Assembly: GCA_965263355.1 (NCBI GenBank)
Contig: CBDHHL010000032.1
Span: forward strand, 928,001 to 992,000
DNA from: Leptolyngbyaceae cyanobacterium
GTDB taxonomy: Bacteria > Cyanobacteriota > Cyanobacteriia > Phormidesmidales > Phormidesmidaceae
Reading direction: 5' to 3'
Length of the DNA stretch: 64,000 bases
The position numbers were made by a program, and so were the translations under genes. This document shows positions 20,569 to 30,501 of this stretch, in pieces. Each line of letters opens with the position of its first letter. The stretch's first letter is position 1. The notes under the pieces were generated by a model. It searched no databases, had not been told where the DNA came from, and worked only from the letters and a program-made list of their open reading frames with translations.

Positions 20569-20797
20569 GGGCATTTTTCAGTAGGTGTAGAAAATTGTCT
20601 GGAACCATTGTTAGGTCTTCAATTCTGCTAACTATTCCCACTAAAAAATGCTCTCGTAGTCTGTCAGGTCACTCCTCACCCCTCACCCTGATCATTAACG
20701 TTTGCTCCAATTTATTTTCATTCCCAGGGCAACTTTGTAGAGTATGGCAAGGACATTTATTGCCTTATTCCTTAATCTCTATTGCTCCTTCAGCTGC

Positions 20798-21508
20798 ATG
20801 CTTCAACTCATCAATGTTTTACCTCCAGCCAAGCAGCATAAGCTTCGTAAACATCTCAACAAACATCGCTCACTATTAGAATTTGATAACTCTAGCTATG
20901 GCGTGGGGCGACAGCGTTACTGGCTAGAACATCAGCCAATTTTAGGTAGCGGTGGCAGATCGTACCAACCCGCTGTGCGACAGCCTCAATTTTGGGATTT
21001 TTGTCAAACTATTTATCAACGGGCCAGCCGTATTGCCCTGCCAGATCAGGAAGCCCTCAAACCGGATCTAGGCCTGATTGCCTACGGCGGTGTTGGCATT
21101 CGTGCACATCGTGACGATCCCTATGCCGCTTGTCCAGCAGTTAGTATCAATCTTTCTATCAACCCTACCCAATGGGGCTATACCCCCACCTATCCTGGTT
21201 TTGCTAAACGTCGTCCTAAACGAGCATCAGAGCAAATTTATCGATTACCACCGGGGGCGATCATTATGTTTAATAGTCAAAATCCCCACCGTGTGATTAA
21301 TCCTGATTTGGAACGGTGGTCTATCAATCTGTGGCGGATTTCCTCCGCTTGCCGCCCCTACTTTCAAAGCTATTTGGATGCCTGTGCTGACGATAATGCG
21401 GTAAGCTTTTTGCCACAGGTGGGAGAAAACGACCATGAACCAGATCGAGCAAAAGGACCTAGAAATTGGGAGCCTACAGTGGGTATACCGCGAACTAGTC
21501 CCCAATAG
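20798..21508 (+). CDS. 2-oxoglutarate/Fe(II) dioxygenase, AlkB-like
   Basis: HxD (IRAHRDD), distal H (QNPHRV) and R-x-S-I-N (ERWSINLW). The 3' end overlaps the next gene. Start chosen at MLQLINV. Confidence 0.7.
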   Translation: MLQLINVLPPAKQHKLRKHLNKHRSLLEFDNSSYGVGRQRYWLEHQPILGSGGRSYQPAVRQPQFWDFCQTIYQRASRIALPDQEALKPDLGLIAYGGVGIRAHRDDPYAACPAVSINLSINPTQWGYTPTYPGFAKRRPKRASEQIYRLPPGAIIMFNSQNPHRVINPDLERWSINLWRISSACRPYFQSYLDACADDNAVSFLPQVGENDHEPDRAKGPRNWEPTVGIPRTSPQ

Positions 21509-22286
21509 TCCCAACGATAAACCACCTGTTTTGATGCTCCATGGGTTAGTCTCCCAAAGTTATAGTTGGCGTGATGTGATGCCCGCCCTGGCAGAACAGG
21601 GCTTTCGTAGCATTGCCCCCGACTGGATCGGCCATGGATCATCCTCAAAGCCAGATAAGCGTGAGTTTGCTTACGATCAAACCAGTTATTTCAAGGCCCT
21701 CAGCGCCTATATTGAGGCATTGGAATTAACTCGATTTTCTTTGGTGGTGCAGGGCTTTTTAGGCGTCACCGGGCTACTCTACGCCGCCAAAAATCCTGAC
21801 AAAATTGAAAAGCTGGTTATTCTCAACACTCCCTTACCACCGACAGCAGATCTACCGTTTCCTGTAAAAATGATGGGCTGGCCCTTTGTGGGTGACATGA
21901 TGACCCAGGATCCGCTCCTGGTAGACCGTACCCTGGAAGGCGGTGGCCCTTACCAGGTGGACGATGAAGATTTGGATATCTATCGGCGTCCATTTCTAAA
22001 AAGTTCTGATGTGGGCCGTGCTCTGATGTGGACCATTCGAGCGATGAAAACACCCCAAATCACTCAGCAAATCGCCCAAGACTTTGCTAATTGGTCCCGT
22101 CCTACACTAGTCGCCTGGGGCATTTCAGATCCCTGGCTATCGGCGGAAAATGCAAAAGCCTTTGCCCAAGGACTTGAGAACGGTGAGTACGTGGAACTTG
22201 AAGAGGTTGGCCATTACGCCCAGGAAGATTGGGCAGATAAGGTCAGTGAAGCAGTGGTGCCATTCTTGCGAAAGCAAGCAGTTTAG
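21435..22286 (+). CDS. Alpha/beta-fold hydrolase (haloalkane-dehalogenase-like)
   Basis: LMLHGLVSQSYSWR, APDWIGHGSS and GHYAQED. Confidence 0.9.
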   Translation: MNQIEQKDLEIGSLQWVYRELVPNSPNDKPPVLMLHGLVSQSYSWRDVMPALAEQGFRSIAPDWIGHGSSSKPDKREFAYDQTSYFKALSAYIEALELTRFSLVVQGFLGVTGLLYAAKNPDKIEKLVILNTPLPPTADLPFPVKMMGWPFVGDMMTQDPLLVDRTLEGGGPYQVDDEDLDIYRRPFLKSSDVGRALMWTIRAMKTPQITQQIAQDFANWSRPTLVAWGISDPWLSAENAKAFAQGLENGEYVELEEVGHYAQEDWADKVSEAVVPFLRKQAV

Positions 22287-22341
22287 AGAGTTTTAATTCA
22301 CTCCTCACGGTCTCAACCGAAATTTTAGCGTTGACACTGCC

Positions 22342-22535
22342 CTAGGTGAATTGGTCAGGATCTATCCCTAAGGCCCATAGTTGTTCTGCTAGTTTAGAAG
22401 CTGTAGATAACTCCCAGTCGCGCATCTTCCTGCAGCTTACTCCCCAGTTCATTTCCGACTTTGGTCGCAACAATCTCGATGACAACATCAGGTGATTTAC
22501 CAAATTCCCATACCAAGTATGTGCGGTTTTTCTCC
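22342..22535 (-). pseudogene. Uma2 endonuclease remnant
   Basis: One frame reads EKNRTYLVWEFGKSPDVVIEIVATKVGNELGSKL...RLGVIY. It is joined out of frame to the typical tail KLAEQLWALGIDPDQF. Confidence 0.75.
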
Positions 22536-22581
22536 GTGGGAAACGCATCTAGTCCTAAAGAGACATCATTAGACAGGAACT

Positions 22582-22974
22582 TTATTCACTCTTTTGTTGG
22601 ATATCTCTGGCGCTCAATGTTGTTTGCAACTCTGTAAGTATTAGAGCTTGCTCTTTTTGGAGATTCTCTAGTCTGGCCAAGATACTGATTAATTTTTGCT
22701 CTACAAGTTCGTCAGTTGGAGCGCTTGAAGTAGACGGAATTTTTGCGAGTAACCAACGCACCAGGAAAAAAGGAGATTTTCCTAACCATTTAAGGAGACG
22801 ACGTAGGAGCTGACCAATCAGGGAGATACTTAATTGCAGAAAAATGATCAGGGCGATTGCGATCGCAAACAACCAATACGGATGATGCAGCCCCCACAAA
22901 AATGCTGTTTCCGTTGGCGTTAATATTGCCCCTGCCAGGACAGTGGGCATTGCCCACCCTATAGTAATCATCAT
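22582..22974 (-). CDS. Hypothetical membrane protein with C-terminal coiled coil
   Basis: HHPYW plus a TM helix; ILARLENLQKEQ..IL.EL. Confidence 0.7.
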   Translation of the reverse strand: MMITIGWAMPTVLAGAILTPTETAFLWGLHHPYWLFAIAIALIIFLQLSISLIGQLLRRLLKWLGKSPFFLVRWLLAKIPSTSSAPTDELVEQKLISILARLENLQKEQALILTELQTTLSARDIQQKSE

Positions 22975-23013
22975 CTCACTCTTTATGCTTCACCCCAACC
23001 CTTACCAATCATC

Positions 23014-24063
23014 TCACCGACCACGGCGGAACCGCTTACGATTTTTCAACTCTCGTTTCACAGCAATGCTCCATTTATCCACCAACGTCATCATGGCAGG
23101 CATATCCCGCGAGACTTTATCCTCCCAACCTAGCTCAGCCACCACCGACTTAAATGTACGCCGCTTAGTCATCCGATAGGCAATCTCCTCCACCTCATGC
23201 CAGGTCAATTGGCTTTCAATATTGGCCTTAGTAATTACCGTTAATAGGCTGGTATATCGATTTCCCTCCGCCTCAGTCATCATAGTATGGGGAATATCTA
23301 ACACTCGAGCAAAGCAGTGGTACCAGCAATAGGGTTGATGTTCTAAGGCTGCTTCAAAAAAGCGCTCATGATCATAATTATTAACAGCTCGATCGCTTTC
23401 ACTAGAGACCATAAAAATTGGCGCAATGGGAGATTTTTTGACCCGCTTAAAGTTATATTTTGCAATTCGTAGCACCGCCCGCAGAGCAGAAATCTCAAAC
23501 CCTGGATAGCTCGGCCCCATCAGTTGTTCCCACTCAAAATAGGTGTCGATGTGGTTAACAAATAGATCAATTACTTTGCTACTAGCACTAAAATAGGGCG
23601 CAAACAAAATTGTCCGGTAGACATCATCGGCCTTTTCCATCGCCAACCAGGTAGCCAGGGTAGCTCCCCCCGACAACCCCCCAATAATCACCTTAGCCCC
23701 CATCTTTTTAGCAATTTGGAGCCACTGGAGTCCAAACTTAAGATATAGCCGTGGATCGTCCGTCAACGGGGGTGGATTACTCGGTCCCCAATTACCGGCT
23801 AAGCCGTGGTAGGGCAGTAAAGGGACCAATACGTTATAGCCAGCCTTATGCATGGTCTGAGCCATGGGAATAAATTGATAAGGCCCCGCCGTAAATCCAT
23901 GGAAAAACAAACAAACCTTATCAGTAGGTTGACTATGGAATAAAAAGTACGAACGGCACAGATTATCAATCAGTGATAACTCTGATTCACGAGCCGATAT
24001 TTTGCTCTCTATAACCTTTTTAAGTGTTAGGTAGTCTGCCATAGCAACATGATGTCTGGGCAT
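23014..24063 (-). CDS. Alpha/beta hydrolase (carboxylesterase/lipase-like)
   Basis: FFHGFTAGP, nucleophile elbow GLSGG, D.AV and PHTM. Confidence 0.85.
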   Translation of the reverse strand: MPRHHVAMADYLTLKKVIESKISARESELSLIDNLCRSYFLFHSQPTDKVCLFFHGFTAGPYQFIPMAQTMHKAGYNVLVPLLPYHGLAGNWGPSNPPPLTDDPRLYLKFGLQWLQIAKKMGAKVIIGGLSGGATLATWLAMEKADDVYRTILFAPYFSASSKVIDLFVNHIDTYFEWEQLMGPSYPGFEISALRAVLRIAKYNFKRVKKSPIAPIFMVSSESDRAVNNYDHERFFEAALEHQPYCWYHCFARVLDIPHTMMTEAEGNRYTSLLTVITKANIESQLTWHEVEEIAYRMTKRRTFKSVVAELGWEDKVSRDMPAMMTLVDKWSIAVKRELKNRKRFRRGR

Positions 24064-24169
24064 AGTCGCATACTACCGCTCAGACTTTACATATTCCTCA
24101 AGAATACGGGACTGCTTAATATCTTGGTCAAAGAGTAGCCTGAGAGGGTATCTTTATTGCCTAAAACTT

Positions 24170-24511
24170 CTATTCTTGAGACGTTGACTTTTCAGTTGAT
24201 GTCTCCTCAGGTCGCCGCTGCTTATCCGCATTGCTTGTCAGTAATAAGACAGTTCCACTGCCATCTACAATGCATGAGCCCCACTCGTTGGGTACTTCGG
24301 CAACAGACCAAAGGATCAAAAATGTGCCGTCTTCCATTGCCTCTGCTGGGTTTAATGTTGGCGTTCGCTCAGGTGCTGCCACGGTTTCATAACAGCGATG
24401 GGCAATCGCTTCAACATCATTTGGAATCACTAGTTTCTTAGGACCACAGGCACTTACGCCCGTCAACAGCAATAACAATAGGTAACGCAGCTTAGTCGCC
24501 TCCATGGTCAT
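24170..24511 (-). CDS. Hypothetical lipoprotein
   Basis: Lipobox LLTGVSAC; start at MTMEATK inferred. Confidence 0.65.
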   Translation of the reverse strand: MTMEATKLRYLLLLLLTGVSACGPKKLVIPNDVEAIAHRCYETVAAPERTPTLNPAEAMEDGTFLILWSVAEVPNEWGSCIVDGSGTVLLLTSNADKQRRPEETSTEKSTSQE

Positions 24512-24662
24512 CGGGCTGAAATCGATAAAATTTCCACAGCGCTTAAATCGTTCCCAGCGGTAATCAACGGATATCCTCGACAGAATCATTCCTTAAATCA
24601 GTAACGCCCTTACAATCAATAGAAGCTGGTAGCAGCTTACAGAACTTTTAGACCCAGTCCCC

Positions 24663-25169
24663 ATGCAATTATTTCCCTTAGTCCTCTCCCTACTAATTGC
24701 CGTTTGCCTAGCGTTTACTGGTTTACCGGCGATAGCTGCGCCTGTGGCAGTCTTACCGGGTCTAAAGGGCGTCTTTACAGGCACACCGCCCACCGACATT
24801 GGTCTTCATGATGCCCAATTGATTGCCTGTCCAACGTCGCCTAACTGTGTCAGCAGCAGTGCCAGGGATGACGAGCACTATATTGCTCCGATTGCCTATT
24901 CAGCAGATAAAGACGCTGTCCTGGATAAGCTGGTGGCCATTATTAACAATCAGCCTCGTACGGAGATTATTGAACAAACGGATGATTACATTTTGGTAGA
25001 GTTTACAAGCCGTTTAATGGGGTTTGTGGACGATGCTGAATTTTACTTTCTACCCAATGAAAAGGCCATTGCCATGCGATCTGCAGCGCGGTTGGGTGAG
25101 TCTGATTTAGGTGTGAACCGGCGGCGATTAGAGCAGTTTCGTCTAGTATTACAGAATTTGGGGGCCTAG
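24663..25169 (+). CDS. DUF1499 domain protein
   Basis: CPTSPNCVSS, FTSRLMGFVDD and RLGESDLGVNRRR. Confidence 0.9.
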   Translation: MQLFPLVLSLLIAVCLAFTGLPAIAAPVAVLPGLKGVFTGTPPTDIGLHDAQLIACPTSPNCVSSSARDDEHYIAPIAYSADKDAVLDKLVAIINNQPRTEIIEQTDDYILVEFTSRLMGFVDDAEFYFLPNEKAIAMRSAARLGESDLGVNRRRLEQFRLVLQNLGA

Positions 25170-25175
25170 TGATGT

Positions 25176-26042
25176 ATGGCGAGCGTGCCAACCGTAGCTG
25201 CTGATTCTTACCAAATCCGCCCCATGAGTCGCCGCGAGCTAGACCTTGCCGTTGACTGGGCTGCTGCAGAGGGATGGAATCCAGGTCTGCACGATGCAAA
25301 TTGCTTTTACCAGGCTGACCCGACTGGATTTCTAATGGGGTTTCTCGATGGCAAGCCCATCGCCTCGATTTCAGCGGTTAAGTACGGTGAATCCTTTGGC
25401 TTTATTGGCTTTTATATTGTACAGCCAGACTTTCGAGGTCAAGGGTATGGGTTAGCCATTTGGAGAACTGCCCTTAATTATTTGCAGGGGCGTAATATTG
25501 GTTTAGACGGTGTCGTTGCCCAGCAGGATAACTACGCAAAGTCTGGGTTTAGCCTGGCCTATCGGAATATCCGGTATGAAGGTGTGGGTAACGGTCAGGC
25601 GCAGGGGTCAAACTGTATGCCATTGGCCGATTTGCCATTGGAAACTGTGCTTGAGTATGATCGGCGCTTTTTTCCTGAGGTGAGATCGCACTTCACCCAA
25701 TGCTGGACTACCCACCCCAATCACTACGCTGTGGCCAGGGTACAAGCACAAACGCTAACAGGCTATGGCGTCCTACGTCCCTGCCGCAGCGGGCATAAGA
25801 TTGGGCCGCTCTTTGCTGATACAGCCGCTGTGGCCAATGAAATTTTTCAGACCTTGGTGGCTCAGGTTCCGGCAGGCAGCAAATTTTATTTAGATGTCCC
25901 GGAAGTTAATGGTGACGCTATCGCACTGGCTAAGCGGTACAACCTGAACTATGCATTTGAAACAGCCCGGATGTATACCCAAGCAGCCCCAGACTTACCA
26001 TTAGACAGAATTTTTGGGGTCACTACCTTTGAGTTGGGCTAG
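25176..26042 (+). CDS. GNAT N-acetyltransferase (two-domain, YitH-like)
   Basis: WAAAEGWNPG, RGQGYG, KIGPLFAD and FETARMY. Confidence 0.9.
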   Translation: MASVPTVAADSYQIRPMSRRELDLAVDWAAAEGWNPGLHDANCFYQADPTGFLMGFLDGKPIASISAVKYGESFGFIGFYIVQPDFRGQGYGLAIWRTALNYLQGRNIGLDGVVAQQDNYAKSGFSLAYRNIRYEGVGNGQAQGSNCMPLADLPLETVLEYDRRFFPEVRSHFTQCWTTHPNHYAVARVQAQTLTGYGVLRPCRSGHKIGPLFADTAAVANEIFQTLVAQVPAGSKFYLDVPEVNGDAIALAKRYNLNYAFETARMYTQAAPDLPLDRIFGVTTFELG

Positions 26043-26111
26043 TGCCCACGCCCTAGAACGCTACAATATTAGAAATATTAAGTGTTCGTTACATTGGGAA
26101 GGAAGTTGGTT

Positions 26112-27758
26112 ATGGGGCGCAAGCAAGCCATCGTCATTGGGGCTGGAATTGGTGGACTAGCCATGGGCATCCGCCTCCAGAGCTTAGGATTTGATACCAC
26201 CATTGTGGAAATGCTAGACGCCCCCGGTGGTCGTGCCTATGTACGCAAGGCAGACGGGTTTACCTTTGATATGGGGCCAACCGTGATTACCGTCCCCCAC
26301 TTTATTGAGGAGCTATTCTCCCTGGGGCGTGATAAAGCTGCCTTAACCCAAGATGATTTTCCAGCAGACATTGTTGATGAGAGCAAGCGTATCAAATCCG
26401 GCATTTCTGGCGGACCTAACACCAGTCGCTACGTCAAAATTGTTCCGGTTCTTCCTTTTTACCGCATCTACTTTGATGATGGCACCTTCTTTGACTACGA
26501 CAGCGACCCTGAGAACACCCACCGACAGATTTTAGAACTGGGTGAACCTGGCGATTTAGAAGGCTACGAACGTTTCCATGCTGCCGCTAAAGCCGTTTTT
26601 GAGCGAGGCTTTTTACAATTAGGCTATACCCACTTTGGTAGTGTTGGCTCCATGCTGCGGGTGGTGCCCGAACTGCTTAAATTAGATGCGGTACGCACTC
26701 TGTTTAGCTTCGCGAGTAAGTATTTTAAGAGTGACAAACTGCGCCAGGTGTTTAGCTTTGAGCCCTTGCTAGTGGGCGGCAATCCCCTCTCAGTACCTGG
26801 CATCTACGCCATGATCCACTTTGTTGAGAGCACCTGGGGTATTCACTTTGTCATGGGGGGTACTGGCGCTTTAGTTAGTGGCTTTGTGAAAAAATTTGAG
26901 GAGTTGGGTGGAAAGATTGTTTACAACGCCCAAGTCAGCAAGATTAATGTCACAAAGGAAAATGGAACGAAAGTTACTAAGGGCGTGACCCTGGCTGATG
27001 GTACGGTCATGGACGCCAATGCGGTAGTGTCTAATGCTGACTGGGCCACCACCTACGGCAAAATGATTGAGCCCAAATATCGATTCTGGAATAGCGACCT
27101 GCGGGTAAAAGTGACCCAGCAGTCCATGTCAGTATTTGTCATGTATCTCGGCTTTAAGGCCGACGGCAATGAAAATACCAAACTGCGGCACCACAATATC
27201 ATTTTAGGTCCTCGCTACGAAGAGCTATTGAAAGACCTCTTTGGTCGCAAGATTATGCCTAAAGACTACTCTCAATATGTCCACCTACCCACATTGACCG
27301 ATCCTTCCCTGGCACCGGCAGGACACCATGCAGCCTATATTTTGGTCCCCGTGCCCCACAATGGGTCTGGCATCAACTGGGATGAAATGGGCGAGACACT
27401 GAAAGATAGCGTGTTGACATTTATGCATGAACGGGGCTATCTGCCAAACATCAAAGAGCGTTTAGTGCACTGCAGCTACATCACGCCCGACTACTTTGAG
27501 AACACCCTGGATGCTTACATGGGCAATGCGTTTGGCCCTGAACCCCTGTTGATACAGTCAGCGTTCTTTAGACCCCATAATCGCAGTGAGGATATTACAA
27601 ACTTATATATCGTCGGTGCAGGCACACAGCCAGGGGCGGGGACACCTAGCGTGATGATGTCCGCAAAGATGACAGCGCGTCTGGTGGCAGAGGATTTTGC
27701 GATCGCGCCCGAAATCTTAAGTGGCACTTCTGAAGAGAAAGAAGCTTCCCTAGTTTAG
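26112..27758 (+). CDS. crtI: Bacterial-type phytoene desaturase (CrtI family)
   Basis: [36 protein letters not shown] and [28 protein letters not shown]. Confidence 0.8.
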   Translation: MGRKQAIVIGAGIGGLAMGIRLQSLGFDTTIVEMLDAPGGRAYVRKADGFTFDMGPTVITVPHFIEELFSLGRDKAALTQDDFPADIVDESKRIKSGISGGPNTSRYVKIVPVLPFYRIYFDDGTFFDYDSDPENTHRQILELGEPGDLEGYERFHAAAKAVFERGFLQLGYTHFGSVGSMLRVVPELLKLDAVRTLFSFASKYFKSDKLRQVFSFEPLLVGGNPLSVPGIYAMIHFVESTWGIHFVMGGTGALVSGFVKKFEELGGKIVYNAQVSKINVTKENGTKVTKGVTLADGTVMDANAVVSNADWATTYGKMIEPKYRFWNSDLRVKVTQQSMSVFVMYLGFKADGNENTKLRHHNIILGPRYEELLKDLFGRKIMPKDYSQYVHLPTLTDPSLAPAGHHAAYILVPVPHNGSGINWDEMGETLKDSVLTFMHERGYLPNIKERLVHCSYITPDYFENTLDAYMGNAFGPEPLLIQSAFFRPHNRSEDITNLYIVGAGTQPGAGTPSVMMSAKMTARLVAEDFAIAPEILSGTSEEKEASLV

Positions 27759-27793
27759 AAAGTTGTTCGTTAAAGCAAACAACTTTCTAAACT
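27752..27793. terminator. 16-bp inverted repeat at the crtI stop (terminator or stabilising hairpin)
   Basis: AGTTTAGAAAGTTGTT...AACAACTTTCTAAACT. Confidence 0.65.
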
Positions 27794-28168
27794 TGACAAC
27801 TTTTGATTTGTGTCACTTTTTCAACCGATCACAAAATATTAGCTGAGGCCTCGTTTGCTGTAATAGTGACTGGGCCTTTATTTTAGCAATCAATACGTCT
27901 GTTATTCAGAGCATTCTAACGCTCACAAACTAACCATGTATTGACTCAACCATATATAAAAGGTAAAGAAAGACTAAGAGTATTTACCCATTTCACAAAA
28001 ACCACGCCATTATCATAGGCAAGCGAACATAATTAACACTTTGATGGTGGTTCTTGAACATCATCAACACGTTTAGAAGTGGCAGAGGAGTTGCATTATT
28101 TAGATGACTTAGGAGAGACCTGAGTCATTTCATTGACCATTGTATTATCTTTATATCAAGGGGTTCCC

Positions 28169-28348
28169 ATGACACTTTTTCCTGCAATTATAGTGTTCGT
28201 GATCGTTTTTCTGTCTTTCTCTAAAGAAATACTCGGAAAGACCGAAGAACCTAAACAGAAAAAGTTAAAAACTGATGGTACTGAGCCCAGCATGTCCGAT
28301 GTTCTGCTCAGATATAGACTAATGAATGAACTCCAGGAAAAGTCCTAG
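28169..28348 (+). CDS. 59-aa single-TM microprotein
   Basis: AAGGGG RBS, N-terminal hydrophobic helix, charged tail and a downstream terminator. Confidence 0.55.
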   Translation: MTLFPAIIVFVIVFLSFSKEILGKTEEPKQKKLKTDGTEPSMSDVLLRYRLMNELQEKS

Positions 28349-28397
28349 AGAGAAAAGATTACCCATCACTTGGTGTCAACTTGGCACAAATATATTG

Positions 28398-28434
28398 AAA
28401 GGCCAGCTACTCTTGTAACAAGCTGGTCTTTTTT
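28398..28434 (+). terminator. Rho-independent terminator
   Basis: AAGGCCAGCT...AGCTGGTCTT followed by a T run. Confidence 0.65.
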
Positions 28435-28585
28435 AGCTAAGGTGACTTATTTAACCTTTTCCCCAGAAGCATCCATCACCAATTCTGATCAGTTGTTGTT
28501 AACCAATAAAATCGATTTTAGTCTCAATACTTGGCAACACTAATACTCTGCAAATCTGAACCACTCTAAAAAGAAGGAGTTGTTT

Positions 28586-28855
28586 ATGGTGACAAAACGG
28601 AAACAATACAGTGCAGAATTTAAGGCAAAGGTAGCAATAGAAGTCATTTAAGAAAAAACGCCTGAATTAGCTAGCCAACATGCGATCTACCCAACGATGA
28701 TCAATGACTGGCAATGTTAGCCTTTCGAAGAGGCCAGCACCCTGCTTGAAACTATCAAAAGCAAGAATCAACAAAAATTGGGATACCTAAGTTCAAATTA
28801 GTGCACTGTATTATCAAATCGGTCCACTGAAGTTAGAGGGCGATTTTTTAACCAC
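28586..28855 (+). mobile_element. IS3-family transposase OrfA remnant (pseudogene)
   Basis: MVTKRKQYSAEFKAKVAIEVI*...IYPTMINDW and a frameshifted LYYQIGPLKLEGDFL; AAGGAG RBS; internal stops; no OrfB. Confidence 0.8.
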
Positions 28856-28867
28856 GGACGGGCATGT

Positions 28868-28979
28868 CTAGCGTGATGATATCCGCAAAGATGCCAGCCC
28901 GTCTGGTGATTGAGGATTTTGATATCAATCCTTCAGTTTAGCTGGTACTTCTAAAGAGAAAAAAGTCTACTCATTTTGA
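28868..28979 (+). repeat. Degenerate copy of the last ~113 bp of crtI (27646..27758)
   Basis: CTAGCGTGATGATaTCCGCAAAGATGcCAGCcCGTCTGGTG...GAGGATTTTG...ACTTCTaAAGAGAAAaAAG aligns up to the equivalent stop codon. Confidence 0.85.
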
Positions 28980-29145
28980 CTTAAACCGCATTCAAATTGA
29001 AAACTGGAGACTCCTCTATAGGAAAACTACAGTTCTAGATGTGAATAAGGTTTAATAAATTCCCTATTTTGTTACTTTTTCCAGAGGGTAGTAGAGAATT
29101 GATTAGTCGGCCAAGAAATTAGCTTTGGAGCTTAAGAATAGAATC

Positions 29146-29706
29146 ATGTCTAACTTAAATTTGAACTTAGGCTGCGGTGCTACGCGCTTAGCAAACTATA
29201 TTAATGTCGATAAGTTTGGTGACCCAGATCTTAAAGTCGATCTAGAAGAGTTTCCATGGCCTTGGAATAGTAACAGTGTGGCAAACATTGAGTTAAGCCA
29301 TGTTCTAGAACATTTGGGTCAACAGACAGATGTATATCTTCAAATTATTCAAGAGATGTATCGGGTCTGCCAACCCTCAGCAAAGGTACATATAAGGGTT
29401 CCTCACCATCGCCATGACAACTTTCTACACGATCCCACCCATGTTCGGGCAATTACCCCTTATGGTTTAAGCATGTTCTCCCAAAAATTTAATAGAGAAC
29501 GCCAGCTCAATGGAGAACCGACAACACCTCTAGGAATCTATTTAGGGGTTGATTTTGAGTTAACCAAAACTCACTACGTACCCAGTAAACTCTGGTATAA
29601 GCGCGAACCTGAGCGAGCTGATGATATCGATTACTTACTTGAGCAAAGTGCCCTCTACAATAACTTAATTCAGGAAGTCGATATGATTCTGATGGCAATT
29701 AAGTAA
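29146..29706 (+). CDS. Class I SAM-dependent methyltransferase-like protein
   Basis: LNLGCG, HVLEHL, EMYRVC and DPTHVR. Confidence 0.85.
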   Translation: MSNLNLNLGCGATRLANYINVDKFGDPDLKVDLEEFPWPWNSNSVANIELSHVLEHLGQQTDVYLQIIQEMYRVCQPSAKVHIRVPHHRHDNFLHDPTHVRAITPYGLSMFSQKFNRERQLNGEPTTPLGIYLGVDFELTKTHYVPSKLWYKREPERADDIDYLLEQSALYNNLIQEVDMILMAIK

Positions 29707-29982
29707 GGTGTGACTCTTTTAGAGTGGGTTCATAAACTATTATTAATTTACACTGTATCCCTTTTGAATAAAGTTTTTTGGTATTACAGTTCAGATGCAC
29801 TGAAAATACTTTAAATAATTTCAAATCCTTTACGTTAGTTCACGAATCCACTCTACATAGGATACTACCACTGCCCACCAACCTTCATCCTCAAAGTACC
29901 CCTGCGGGTAATGTCAAACATTTATCCGAAATCCATACTTAAGGGATTGTTGTATAAGCGGCAGCAGTCAAGGTGTCTGTCT

Positions 29983-30501
29983 ATGTCTACACAACCCATC
30001 ACCCCAAGTTCGATCACGCTCCGAGCATACTGCGACGAAGATTGGCCCGCAGTATGCACAATCCATGATCGTGCCCGTCCTTATGAATTAGAAGGATCAT
30101 GTGATTCTCAGGCATTTCTACCCCTGGCAGATGACCATGACGACCTCGAAACCTTTCACCGCGCTGAAAAGTTTATTGCCTGCTTAGCAGAAGACATCGT
30201 TGGGTTTGTCGGAGTTGACGAAAATTTGATCTCCTGGCTATATGTAGACCCCGATTACTTTAGCTTGGGCATTGGCCGGGAACTCCTGCAACTAGGCCTG
30301 GAGTTAGCTGGCCCCAACGCCTGGACAGTGGTACTAAACGGCAACACCCGTGCCCGACAACTCTACGCTAGCGAAGGCTTCCAGGTTATTCACAGATTTA
30401 AAGGCACCAATGCCGGATATCCATGCATCTGCTTAGAACTCGCACTCAAGCCAAACCGTACACAGTTATGTGTAGACCAAACACAGTTTTATGCAGCCTA
30501 G
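29983..30501 (+). CDS. GNAT N-acetyltransferase
   Basis: LYVDPDYFSLGIGRELL and N..AR.LY..EGF. Confidence 0.85.
   Translation: MSTQPITPSSITLRAYCDEDWPAVCTIHDRARPYELEGSCDSQAFLPLADDHDDLETFHRAEKFIACLAEDIVGFVGVDENLISWLYVDPDYFSLGIGRELLQLGLELAGPNAWTVVLNGNTRARQLYASEGFQVIHRFKGTNAGYPCICLELALKPNRTQLCVDQTQFYAA

Noticed and set aside
20671..20679. ACTCCTCAC resembling the Yfr1 motif (also near 22300)
   Set aside because: Incomplete match to ACTCCTCACAC and no flanking stem-loops or terminator.
20526..20879. 117-aa ORF
   Set aside because: Runs through a terminator and overlaps the dioxygenase; composition is not protein-like.
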